From: Polyangiales bacterium
Lineage (GTDB): Bacteria; Myxococcota_A; Polyangia; Polyangiales; Polyangiaceae
Direction of reading: 5' to 3'
Assembly: GCA_038230375.1 (NCBI GenBank)
Contig: JBBRNJ010000006.1
Location: 64,001 to 128,000, forward strand
DNA: 64,000 bases
Positions 40,222 through 49,558 of the stretch are shown here, one piece after another (position 1 is the first letter of the stretch; each line of letters opens with the position of its first letter). A model generated the notes under the pieces. That model had not been told where the DNA came from and searched no databases. It saw only the letters and a program-made list of their open reading frames with translations. Made by a program: the position numbers and the translations under genes.

Positions 40222-40602
40222 ATGGGCGGGGTCGTCGTGGACACGGACGGAGGCCTGCTCTTCGTTCCCGCCTCCGTCGCGCTGAAATTCGTGGCCATGC
40301 CCAAGCTGCTCACGGTGCCCGACGCACCGCCCGGGCTCCTTGGCGTGGCGCTGATCGACGGCACGGTGATCCCGGTCGTCACGCTCGGCTCGTCACGAGA
40401 CACCATGCTGGTCTGCACCTACCTTGGCGAGCCCATCGGCATCGTGGGACACACGGTGGTCGCGAGCGGAACGTTCGAGCCAGCCCACGAGCAACCAGGC
40501 TCCGTGCGCTGCAAAGCAGGCATCGCGAAGACGATGGATCTGTCGTCGGTCGCGGCGTCGCTGTCGAAGAACGCGTGGGCCGGCAGATCAACGGGTTTGT
40601 GA
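40222..40602 (+). CDS. cheW: CheW-like adaptor
   Basis: LTVPDAPPGLLGVALIDGTVIPVVTL. Confidence 0.8.
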   Translation: MGGVVVDTDGGLLFVPASVALKFVAMPKLLTVPDAPPGLLGVALIDGTVIPVVTLGSSRDTMLVCTYLGEPIGIVGHTVVASGTFEPAHEQPGSVRCKAGIAKTMDLSSVAASLSKNAWAGRSTGL

Positions 40603-40615
40603 TAGGATTTTCTCC

Positions 40616-41422
40616 ATGTCCGACGATCGGCGACGGCTCTTTCGGTTGTGGCGCCGTACGGCAAAGACCGTAGGCGTTGCATCCGGGATCGGCACCGCGG
40701 ACGAGGCGGCGCTCTTCGGTGCGCACGAGAAGGCGCTCGGCTCCAGTCGCGCAGCCTCCGATGCCGTGCAGCGCATCGCGTCCACGCTCGCGAAGCAACG
40801 CGGCACGGTGGAGGCGACCATCGACAAGTCACGCGCGATCGAAGGGCGAGCGAACGATGTCGTGCTTGCGCTCGCGCGGCTCACGCAGCTCTTCGAGCGG
40901 CTCGGCCTGGTCGCGTTGAACGCTGGCCTGGAGGGCGCGCGTCTCCCCGAGCAAGGCGGCGCTGCGCTCCGGCTCGTATCGGACGACGTGCGTGCGCACG
41001 CGATCTCGGGACAGGAGAGCTCACGCGATCTCGGTAACGCGCTCGGGGAGCTCGCGAGCGATCTGGGGCAGCTGCTCACCAGCCTGGAGCGTGCTCGCGA
41101 GGCATCGACCGACGCAGCACAGGAGGCCGCGCGTGCCGCCGCCGCTGCCGCGGATGCCGAGCGCGCCGTGGCCGACATGGCCGATGGCTTGAAGAAGGCG
41201 ACCGGCAGCGATCCAGAGACGGTGCGTGCCATCGCCGAGGCAACGGAGCATGCGCGCGCGCTCGTCGCATCGCTAGGCACCCTGTCTGGCAAGGTGCCGC
41301 AAGCGTTCGTCGCCAGCGCGATCCGACCCGTGCTGGAGCCGCTGGTGCGCATGCTCGACAGCGATGGCGACGCCGGCGCAGAGGATCCGCCAAAGGACAG
41401 CAAGCGGGGGACCAAGGAGTGA
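40616..41422 (+). CDS. Soluble MCP-like chemoreceptor with degenerate signalling tip
   Basis: LVALNAGLEGARLPEQGGAALRLVSDDVR versus canonical [28 protein letters not shown]; no TM. Confidence 0.75.
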   Translation: MSDDRRRLFRLWRRTAKTVGVASGIGTADEAALFGAHEKALGSSRAASDAVQRIASTLAKQRGTVEATIDKSRAIEGRANDVVLALARLTQLFERLGLVALNAGLEGARLPEQGGAALRLVSDDVRAHAISGQESSRDLGNALGELASDLGQLLTSLERAREASTDAAQEAARAAAAAADAERAVADMADGLKKATGSDPETVRAIAEATEHARALVASLGTLSGKVPQAFVASAIRPVLEPLVRMLDSDGDAGAEDPPKDSKRGTKE

Positions 41423-43971
41423 CCACCCGTGATCCGGAGCTGCTACCGCTCCTGATCGCGGAGCTGAAGCGTCACCTTGTCACGCTCGAAGGCGTCGACG
41501 AGACGCTGGAGGCGGTGCGCCGCGCGGTGCACGCGCTCAAGGGCTCCGCCGGACTCGCGGGCGAGGCGGAGCTCTCCCAGTCCCTCGCGCGGCTCGAGCG
41601 TCGCATGCGCGAAGGCGATGACCGGGCGCGCGCCGAGACCGCCGCCGTCGTGACGCTCGCCGTGGAGCGACTCTCCACGGGCCAGAGCGCCGTGATCGCA
41701 TCGTGGCCAGAACCTCCGACCGGGCTCTTGCCGCGCGCGCTGGATCCGAGCGTGCGCGTGCAATACGCGGCGGAGGTGCAGGATCGCATCGCGCAGATCG
41801 ACCGCGCGCTCGCGGACGATCAGAATCCGCTCGAGGCCGCCGCCGAGATCTACCGCCACATCCACACCATCAAGGGCGCATCCAGCGCGGTTGGCGACGA
41901 GCCCATGTCGTGGTTCTGCCATGGGCTCGAAGAGCGGCTGCGGCCGGGCACCATGAGCACCGAGGCCGCGCGCGGCGCGCTGCTGGAGATGAGCGAGTAC
42001 CGCGCCGTACTCGGAGCGTTCCTGGACGACCCAGACGCCGCCCTGGAGTCACTCGCGGGAAGGCAGCACCCGACACGCAAGTCGCTGCGCCCGAGTATTC
42101 GCCCCGACGACGACCTGCGCCCCGACGACGCGACCATCCGGATCGCGACCGGCGCGGTGGACCGGGTGCTCGATCAGCTCTCGGTCGTCAGCGTCATCCA
42201 GGACCGACTCATGCAGCGCGCGCCTCGTGCGCAGCGCAACGGACGCACAGCCCGCAAGCTCCGCGCGGAGCTGACGGAGGCGCTGCGCCTCATCGGGCCC
42301 CCGCGGCCCTGGGGCGCACCGGCGGCCGCATTGCGCAGGGTGGAGGCGGCGGCGTCAGCGCTCTCCGCCATGGCCGACGAGATGGAGAGCGCGTCGCAGG
42401 AGATCAAGAGCGACAGCCTCCTCCTGAAGGAGAGCACAACGAACGCCCGCTCGGGCCTCTCGCAGATGAGGGAGACGAAGGTCGCCGGCATCTTCCGCCG
42501 CATCGCATCCGCCGTGGAGGCAGAGGCGCGCCGCGCAGGAAAGCTGGTCCGCGTGTCGCTCCGCGGCGCCGAGGAGATCGTGGATCGCCGGCTGGCCGAG
42601 CATCTCTTCGAGCCATTGTTGCAGATTGCACGCAATTCTGTCGCGCACGGCATCGAGACGCCGGACGTCCGCACCGCGCTCGCGAAGGATCAGGTCGCCT
42701 CCGTGCAGATCGCGGCGCGCCGCGTGGGGAGTCGTCTCGTGGTCAGCATCTCCGACGACGGCGCCGGCGTGGACGTGGACGTCATCCGCGAGCGCGCGGT
42801 GTCTGCCGGCAACGTGACGGCCTCGCTGGCCCAAGCCGCGGACGACAACACCCTCCTTGGGCTCCTCTTCCTGCCAGGCTTCTCCACGCGCGACAGCTCG
42901 GACCTCCTTGCTGGTCGTGGTATCGGTCTCGACATCGCGCTGCTGTCGGTACAGCGCCTGGGCGGCACGATTCGCCTCTCCAGCAGGCAGGGGCGCGGCT
43001 TCGAGGCGATCGTCGAGGTCCCCATCGAGTCCGGCTTCGCGCGCGTGCTCTGGGTGACGGCGGCCGATCGCGTCTATGCGCTCCTCGCCGACGCCGCGCG
43101 CAAGGTGGATCTGAACGACGGCCTTCGCGTCGCGCATCTTGGTGCGTGTCTGGACGCGCGCCCCAACATGCCCGCGCCGTACGTCGTGGAGCTGGATCTC
43201 GGAGAGACGCAGGCGCTGCTGATCGGCGTGGACGCCATCCACGAGACGAACGAGGTGCTCTTGCGCCCGCTCACCTCGATCGTGCGCGCGCTCGGCCCGT
43301 ATGCAGGCGCGGTAGCGCGTACCGATGGCACGCTGGCGCTCGCGATCGATCCTTTCGCTCTGGCCCCGCGCGCGCGTGCGATCGGCCGCATTCCGGAGGG
43401 CCGGCCGAGTGACTCTCCGCTCTCGCGTCCACCGCCGCATCCGTCCGGTGAAGGCGAAGGGCCCATGAGCGCGTTCGTGCGACCCATGACAGAGGCGGAT
43501 CTGCCCGTCGTCGCCGAGATCGAGCGCGAAGCCTTTGGTGCGTCGCCGCGCTCCAACGCCATGGGCGAGGCCGACCTGCGCGAAGAGCTCGTGCGTCCGT
43601 GGTCCCGCACATGGGTCGCCGAGGTGGACACTGCGGTCTCCGGCTTTCTGCTCGCGTGGCACATCGTGGACGAGATCCACGTGCTCAACGTGGCCGTGCG
43701 CCGCGAGAAGCGGCGAAGAGGAATCGCGCGCACTCTCCTCACGCAGCTCTTCTCCTACGCGCGCGAGAAGAGCGTCGTGGCGATGTACCTGGAGGTGCGC
43801 ATGGGCAATCGGCCTGCGATCGAGCTCTACCGGGTCCATGGCTTCCACACCATGAACATCCGGCGCAGCTACTACGCTGACGGCGAGGACGCGCTGGAGA
43901 TGCGCCTGGATTTCGATGCCAAGGGCGCCATCATCCTCAAGCCAGACGAAGTGCCGTTGCCGGAGCCGTGA
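41419..43971 (+). CDS. cheA: CheA (2 Hpt, HATPase, short CheW) in frame with a C-terminal RimI-type GNAT acetyltransferase
   Basis: VHALKGSA, IHTIKGAS, QIARNSVAHGIE, DDGAG, FLPGFST, GRGIGLD; no stop before the RimI part. Confidence 0.9.
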   Translation: MTTRDPELLPLLIAELKRHLVTLEGVDETLEAVRRAVHALKGSAGLAGEAELSQSLARLERRMREGDDRARAETAAVVTLAVERLSTGQSAVIASWPEPPTGLLPRALDPSVRVQYAAEVQDRIAQIDRALADDQNPLEAAAEIYRHIHTIKGASSAVGDEPMSWFCHGLEERLRPGTMSTEAARGALLEMSEYRAVLGAFLDDPDAALESLAGRQHPTRKSLRPSIRPDDDLRPDDATIRIATGAVDRVLDQLSVVSVIQDRLMQRAPRAQRNGRTARKLRAELTEALRLIGPPRPWGAPAAALRRVEAAASALSAMADEMESASQEIKSDSLLLKESTTNARSGLSQMRETKVAGIFRRIASAVEAEARRAGKLVRVSLRGAEEIVDRRLAEHLFEPLLQIARNSVAHGIETPDVRTALAKDQVASVQIAARRVGSRLVVSISDDGAGVDVDVIRERAVSAGNVTASLAQAADDNTLLGLLFLPGFSTRDSSDLLAGRGIGLDIALLSVQRLGGTIRLSSRQGRGFEAIVEVPIESGFARVLWVTAADRVYALLADAARKVDLNDGLRVAHLGACLDARPNMPAPYVVELDLGETQALLIGVDAIHETNEVLLRPLTSIVRALGPYAGAVARTDGTLALAIDPFALAPRARAIGRIPEGRPSDSPLSRPPPHPSGEGEGPMSAFVRPMTEADLPVVAEIEREAFGASPRSNAMGEADLREELVRPWSRTWVAEVDTAVSGFLLAWHIVDEIHVLNVAVRREKRRRGIARTLLTQLFSYAREKSVVAMYLEVRMGNRPAIELYRVHGFHTMNIRRSYYADGEDALEMRLDFDAKGAIILKPDEVPLPEP
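43465..43971 (+). CDS. rimI: RimI-type N-acetyltransferase, possible independent internal start
   Basis: EIHVLNVAV, RRRGIA, LEVRMGNRPAIELY, RRSYYADGEDALEM; GAAGG upstream of ATG 43465. Confidence 0.85.
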   Translation: MSAFVRPMTEADLPVVAEIEREAFGASPRSNAMGEADLREELVRPWSRTWVAEVDTAVSGFLLAWHIVDEIHVLNVAVRREKRRRGIARTLLTQLFSYAREKSVVAMYLEVRMGNRPAIELYRVHGFHTMNIRRSYYADGEDALEMRLDFDAKGAIILKPDEVPLPEP

Positions 43972-44026
43972 GCACGGACCAAATGCCTGAGGGTCGACCC
44001 GGGTTTCACGATAGGATTTTTTCATC

Positions 44027-46804
44027 ATGCGCAAGCTCCGCGCCCTCGCGCTCGCATCGCTCACGTCCTTTGCCTTCGTGGCTCCCAGCTGGGCCGCGCC
44101 CGATGCTGCGCCCAGTGGGCCTGCCGTCAAGGCGCTCGCCGAGAGCGACTACGCCGCCGCGCTTCTGGAGCTGAAGGACAAGAGGGACCCGGCCTCGCGC
44201 GTGCTGCTCGCGCAGGTGTACCTGGAGCAGGGCCAGTATGCGGATGCGAAGCGCGAGGCGGAGGCGTCGAAGCTTCCTCTGGGAATCGTGATCGCGGCGC
44301 AGGCGCTCGAGGCGCAGGGACAGGTCGCCGATGCATTGAAGCTCCTCGACACCGTGAAGGACGACAAGTCGAAGGCGTGGCTCCGCGCGAAGCTCCTCAC
44401 CGGCGAGTACCGCATCGAGTCGGGGCATCGCAAGGACGCGGACGACGCGCTCATGAAGGTGATCGAGTCCTACAACGACGGCACCATCACCTCGGGCGAC
44501 GCAGAGGGGCTCTCGTTCGTAGGGCGCGCCGCGTTCCTGATGCGCTCGGCGAAGGATGCGAACCAGGCCTTCAACGAGAGCGAGCGCGTGAACAAGAAGC
44601 GCGTGGAGACGCTCCTCTATCGCTCCGAAGCGTACATGGACAAGTACGATCCGGGCCACGCCGAGGAGGTCACGAAGGAGGCGCTCACGATCGCGCCGCA
44701 TCGGGCCGACGCGCTGGTGCAGATGGCGCGCGTGAAGCTCGAACAGACGATGGACTTCGAGGGCGCCGAGAAGCTCGCAAAGGAGGCGCTCACCGTCAAC
44801 CCGAAGCACACCGGCGCGTTCGCCATACTCGCGGGCGTCGCGCTGAAGGACATGGATCTCTCCGGCACCGAGCGGCTCTTGCAGCAGGGCCTTGCCGTGA
44901 ACCCCAACGACCTGGAGCTCCTCTCGCTGCGCGCGGCCACGGCGTTCCTCTCGGACGACCCCGCTGCCTTCGAGGCGCGCAAGAAGGACGTCTTCCAGCG
45001 CAACCCGGAGTACTCGCGCCTCTACTCGATCGTCGGCGAGCTCGCCGAGTGGGAGCACCGCTACGACGACATCGTCACCATGATGGCGGAGGCCGTGAAG
45101 GTCGACCCGGACGACTCGAAGGCCTGGGCGGAGCTCGGCCTGACGCAGATGCGCAACGCCGACGAGGCCGCGGGTATGGTCTCGCTCAAGACGGCCTGGC
45201 AGAAGGACAAGTACAACGTTCGAGTGTATAATACACTCAATCTGTACGAGCAGACGCTCGCGAACGAGTACGAGATGGTCGACACCGGCCCCTTCAAGAT
45301 TCGTTACAAGAAGGAAGAGCGCGCCGTGCTGGAGCGCTACGTGCCCGACATGATGACGGAGGCGTGGGCCAGCATGAAGGCCCGCTACGGCTTCGTCCCC
45401 AAGTATCCGGTGCAGGTCGAGATCTACGCGGGGCGCCAGCCCTTCAGCGTTCGCACGAGCGGTCTGCCTTCCATCGGCATCCAGGGCGTTTGCTTCGGCA
45501 AGGTCATCGCGGCGATCTCTCCGGGCGCGGAGCCCGCGAACTGGGGCAACGTGCTGTGGCACGAGCTCGGCCACGTGTTCGCGATCCAGCTCTCGAAGAA
45601 CCACGTGCCGCGCTGGTTCACCGAAGGCCTCTCCGAGTACGAGACCATCGCCCGCAGGCCCGAGTGGGCGCGTGAGCTCGACCCCGAGCTGTACCTTGCG
45701 ATAAAGAACGACACGCTCCCGCACGCGGTGGACATGAACCGCGCGTTCACGCATGCGGAGAGCGCCGAGGACGTCACGGTGGCCTACTACGCCGCGAGCC
45801 AGATGATGGTCTTCACGGTGGAGGCATACGGCATGAAGGCCGTGTCCAACGCAATGGTGCTCTGGGGGCAGGGCGTGCGCACGCCCGAGGTGATCCAGAA
45901 GGCGTTCGGCGTGTCCGCTGCCGAATACGACACGCGCTTCCGCTCGTGGGCCATGGCGCGCATGCGTCGCTACGACAAGCAGTATCTCTTCCACGACCGT
46001 CGCAAGTCCGTGGAGGACGCGAAGGCAGCGCTGGACAAGAACCCGAAGGACGCAAAGGCGCATGCCACCTACGCGCTCTCGCTTGCGCGCTCACATAAGC
46101 TCGACGAGGCGAAGAAGGAGCTCGACGCAGCGCTCGCCATCGACCCCAAGCAAATGGATGCACATTACATCTATGCAAAGGTCGCGATGGGGCAGAAGGA
46201 TCTTGACGGTGCCCACCGTCATCTCTCGCAGATCGCAGCCAGCGGTGGCGACGGTTACCAGGTCCGCGCCATGCTGGCCGAGGTCGCGGAGGGGAAGAAG
46301 GACAAGCAGCAGCTGCGCTTCCATCTGGAGGCGGCGCATCGCTTCGATCCCAGCCAGGAGGAGCCCATCAAGGGCCTCTACGAGATGGCTGTCGAGGAGA
46401 AGCGGGAAGGGGACCTATTGCCTCTCCTCACCAAGCTTGCCGCGCTGGAGCAGCACGATCACAAGGTCACGCGGCTCTTGCTCACGAAGCTCGTGGAGCA
46501 GAAGGCGTGGCCTGACGTCGTGCGCGAGGGCGAAGCGGCGATCTTCGTGGATCCGTTCGGCGCGCCTACGCACGTGGCGTACGCACGCGGCCTCTCCGGG
46601 GTCGGTCGCCACGACAAGGCTCGGTACGAGCTGGAGACCGCGCTCCTCTGCAATCCGAAGAAGCCGGAAGCTGCAGCCATCAACGTGCTCCTGGCCCAGG
46701 AGGCGCTTGCCGAGAAGAATGTGCAAGATGCACGCAAGTTCCGCGACGCGGCCTTGAAGCTCGATCCGGCGAACGAAGAGGCGAAGGGGCTGCAGATCCC
46801 GTGA
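44027..46804 (+). CDS. Secreted TPR protein with gluzincin (peptidase MA-like) domain
   Basis: Signal peptide, many TPRs, HELGH...PRWFTEGLSEY, AYY. Confidence 0.88.
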   Translation: MRKLRALALASLTSFAFVAPSWAAPDAAPSGPAVKALAESDYAAALLELKDKRDPASRVLLAQVYLEQGQYADAKREAEASKLPLGIVIAAQALEAQGQVADALKLLDTVKDDKSKAWLRAKLLTGEYRIESGHRKDADDALMKVIESYNDGTITSGDAEGLSFVGRAAFLMRSAKDANQAFNESERVNKKRVETLLYRSEAYMDKYDPGHAEEVTKEALTIAPHRADALVQMARVKLEQTMDFEGAEKLAKEALTVNPKHTGAFAILAGVALKDMDLSGTERLLQQGLAVNPNDLELLSLRAATAFLSDDPAAFEARKKDVFQRNPEYSRLYSIVGELAEWEHRYDDIVTMMAEAVKVDPDDSKAWAELGLTQMRNADEAAGMVSLKTAWQKDKYNVRVYNTLNLYEQTLANEYEMVDTGPFKIRYKKEERAVLERYVPDMMTEAWASMKARYGFVPKYPVQVEIYAGRQPFSVRTSGLPSIGIQGVCFGKVIAAISPGAEPANWGNVLWHELGHVFAIQLSKNHVPRWFTEGLSEYETIARRPEWARELDPELYLAIKNDTLPHAVDMNRAFTHAESAEDVTVAYYAASQMMVFTVEAYGMKAVSNAMVLWGQGVRTPEVIQKAFGVSAAEYDTRFRSWAMARMRRYDKQYLFHDRRKSVEDAKAALDKNPKDAKAHATYALSLARSHKLDEAKKELDAALAIDPKQMDAHYIYAKVAMGQKDLDGAHRHLSQIAASGGDGYQVRAMLAEVAEGKKDKQQLRFHLEAAHRFDPSQEEPIKGLYEMAVEEKREGDLLPLLTKLAALEQHDHKVTRLLLTKLVEQKAWPDVVREGEAAIFVDPFGAPTHVAYARGLSGVGRHDKARYELETALLCNPKKPEAAAINVLLAQEALAEKNVQDARKFRDAALKLDPANEEAKGLQIP

Positions 46805-46858
46805 GATCGCAGACGGCGGGGATGGCGCAGGCCCCCCAGTTTGATATGACAGGCTCGC

Positions 46859-48457
46859 GTGAAGAACCGGAGCACCGCCAAGGCAAAGCGTCCTAAGCCG
46901 GGCCTCTCCACGCGTGAAGTGTTCGACGCACTGCCGGATCCGGTGCTCCTGGTCGACGAGCTGGTCATCGAGCAGACGAACGCGGCGGCGCGGGAGATGA
47001 TCGGGCTCGGCAAGGAGCTGGTCGGGCGCCGTCTGGCCTCCATCCTTCCGGAGAACGCGCTCGATCGGTTCCGCCTGCTTGATTTCCAGCGCGCGCAGGG
47101 CTGGCCGCTGCCCGCCACATGCCTGTTGCGATTCATCCGCACGGATGGCGCCAGCGTCACGGCGGACGTTCGCTGGGTGCGGCTCGCGGGTTCGCGGTGG
47201 CTCCTCACCGCACGCGATGTCACCGACGCGAGCCGTGCGGAGGCGCTCATGGGCCGGCTCGCACACCTGCCGAGTACACTCGACGGCGCCGATGCGCTGC
47301 TCGACGCGAGCGAGCCGGTGTTCCGCGCGCTGGGCTGGACGGTCGCGTTCACGGAGATCGTCCGCGACGGCTCGATCACCAAGCGCGTGATCGCGCGCGC
47401 GGCAGATCCCGTCGGCGACTACGGTCGTTCACTCGTAGACAAGCTGCTCCCGCGCTCCGCCACGCCGGTGCTCGTCGAGGTGCTCCGCACCGGTCAGGCC
47501 ATCTTCCTGGACAACCTTCCGCAGGTGCAGCCGGGCGACGTGTCGCGCGCGGTCGCGCTGGGCGAGAGCATGGCGCGCTCACGGGTCGTGCGCAGCGCCT
47601 GGTGTCCGATCAGGGCAGCCGCGGACATCAGTCATGTGCTCGCGGTGACGGGGCACGATCTCACGGAGCACGACTTCGTGGCGGTGCAGCTGTTTGCGGC
47701 GCAGGTCGGCGCAGCGCTGCGGATCCGCGGGCTCCGCATGGAAATGGTCCGGCGCGAGCGCCTTGCGGCCGTAGGGGAGATGGCCGCGGTGCTCGCGCAC
47801 GAGGTGCGGAACCCGCTGGCCGTGATGTTCAACGCGCTGTCCGCGCTGGAGCGGAACGGAGGGAGCGCGCCCGTATTCGGCGATCTGCTCGTCATCCTGC
47901 GCGAGGAGAGCGAGCGGCTGCAGCGCCTCGTGACCGACCTTCTGGAGTTCGCGAGCACGCGCGAGCCGAACCTGGTCCCCACGTCGCTCGCGCCATTGAT
48001 CGCCGAGGTGCTGTATGCGGCGAAGCATGACGAGTCCTACGAGCGCACGAACCCGAAGCTCGACATCCGCGTGGGCGAGGAGCTGATGGTGCGCACGGAC
48101 CAAGCGCTGCTCCGTCGCGCCCTTCTCAACGTGGTGGTCAACGCGTTCCAGCACGTCGCGCCGGGCGGGACCGTGAGCATCGTGGCCACGTCGACGGAAG
48201 CGTGGGTGCAGCTCGTCATCACCAACGAGGGCGACAGGCTTCCCGAGGACGTGCGGAAGCACCTCTTCGATCCGTTCTTCACCACGAAGGCCACGGGGAC
48301 GGGACTGGGGCTCGCGATCGTTCGTCGCATCGCAACGGATGTCGGCGCGTCCGTCGCCCTGCTTTCCGCCAAAAATTCCGCGTCGTCGGCGTCCCACGAG
48401 CTGGCGTCGTTCGAGTTCCTCCTGCCGCGCGCGACCGTGAAAGAGGTGATACACTGA
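46859..48457 (+). CDS. PAS/GAF sensor histidine kinase (orphan)
   Basis: AHEVRNPL, NVVVNA, NEG, FDPFFTTK, GTGLGL. Confidence 0.93.
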   Translation: MKNRSTAKAKRPKPGLSTREVFDALPDPVLLVDELVIEQTNAAAREMIGLGKELVGRRLASILPENALDRFRLLDFQRAQGWPLPATCLLRFIRTDGASVTADVRWVRLAGSRWLLTARDVTDASRAEALMGRLAHLPSTLDGADALLDASEPVFRALGWTVAFTEIVRDGSITKRVIARAADPVGDYGRSLVDKLLPRSATPVLVEVLRTGQAIFLDNLPQVQPGDVSRAVALGESMARSRVVRSAWCPIRAAADISHVLAVTGHDLTEHDFVAVQLFAAQVGAALRIRGLRMEMVRRERLAAVGEMAAVLAHEVRNPLAVMFNALSALERNGGSAPVFGDLLVILREESERLQRLVTDLLEFASTREPNLVPTSLAPLIAEVLYAAKHDESYERTNPKLDIRVGEELMVRTDQALLRRALLNVVVNAFQHVAPGGTVSIVATSTEAWVQLVITNEGDRLPEDVRKHLFDPFFTTKATGTGLGLAIVRRIATDVGASVALLSAKNSASSASHELASFEFLLPRATVKEVIH

Positions 48458-48460
48458 GCC

Positions 48461-49549
48461 ATGGCGAAACACATTCCGCTGGAGCTCATCGAGAAGCTCC
48501 CCAAGACCGACCTGCACGTCCACCTGGACGGCTCGCTGCGGCTCACCACCATCCTCGACCTCGCCGAGAAGCAGAAGGTCGAGCTCCCCGCCCGCGATGA
48601 AGACCGTCTCCGCGCGGCGATGAACCTCGGACAGAACTGCGGCTCCCTCGTCGAGTACCTGAAGGCGTTCGACGTGACTCTTCGCGTGATGCAGACGGCG
48701 GACGCGCTCACGCGGATCGCCTACGAGCTCGCGGAAGACGCAGCGAAAGAGAATGTAAGATACATGGAAGTGCGGTACGCGCCCATGTTGCATACGCGGC
48801 GTTCCCTTCCGCTCACCACAGTGGTCGAGGCCGTGCTCGAAGGCCTGCGCGCCGCGCAGGAGAAGTATGGCATCGAGTCGAACGTGATCATCTGCGGCAT
48901 CCGCAACGTGTCGCCGGAGACGTCGCTGGAGATGGCGGAGCTCGCGGTCGCGTACAAGGGTCGCGGCGTCGTCGGCTTCGACCTCGCGGGCGCCGAGTAC
49001 GATCACCCCGCGAAGCACCACAAGAAGAGCTTCCAGCTGGTACGCGACAACAACATCAACGTGACCATCCACGCAGGCGAAGCGTACGGCCCCGAGTCGA
49101 TCGCGCAGGCCATTCACGTCTGCGGCGCGCACCGTATCGGCCACGGCTGCCGCCTGCGCGAGAACGGCGACCTGCTTCACTACGTGAACGACCATCGCAT
49201 CGCCCTCGAGTGCTGCCCCTCATCGAACGTGCAAACTGGCGCGATCCGCGATCTGGCGAGCCATCCGATCAAGCTCTACAAGAACCTGGGCCTGCGTGTG
49301 ACCGTCAACACGGACAACCGCCTCGTCACGGACACGAGCGTGTCGCGCGAGCTCTGGCTCTGTCACAAGGAGATGGGCTTCACGCTAGCCGATCTCAAGC
49401 AAGTCATCGTGAGCGGCTTCAAGAGCGCGTTCCTGCCCTTCCACGTGAAGCAGCAGTACCTCCGCAAGGTGAGCGAAGAGCTACGCGCCTTCACCGAAGA
49501 CGCCCTCCCCTCAATCCCAACCCCCCAGTCCCAAACGCAGCTAGCCTAA
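48461..49549 (+). CDS. add: Adenosine deaminase
   Basis: PKTDLHVHLDGS, GFDLAGAE, HAGE, RIGHG, CPSSN, NTDN. Confidence 0.95.
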   Translation: MAKHIPLELIEKLPKTDLHVHLDGSLRLTTILDLAEKQKVELPARDEDRLRAAMNLGQNCGSLVEYLKAFDVTLRVMQTADALTRIAYELAEDAAKENVRYMEVRYAPMLHTRRSLPLTTVVEAVLEGLRAAQEKYGIESNVIICGIRNVSPETSLEMAELAVAYKGRGVVGFDLAGAEYDHPAKHHKKSFQLVRDNNINVTIHAGEAYGPESIAQAIHVCGAHRIGHGCRLRENGDLLHYVNDHRIALECCPSSNVQTGAIRDLASHPIKLYKNLGLRVTVNTDNRLVTDTSVSRELWLCHKEMGFTLADLKQVIVSGFKSAFLPFHVKQQYLRKVSEELRAFTEDALPSIPTPQSQTQLA

Positions 49550-49558
49550 ATCACCGCC

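Noticed and set aside
38184..40418. 744-aa minus-strand ORF (also 8523..10205, 32464..34266, 44006..46063, 42355..44130, 47579..49195)
   Set aside because: These are antisense shadows of well-supported genes, expected in high-GC DNA, and show no motifs.
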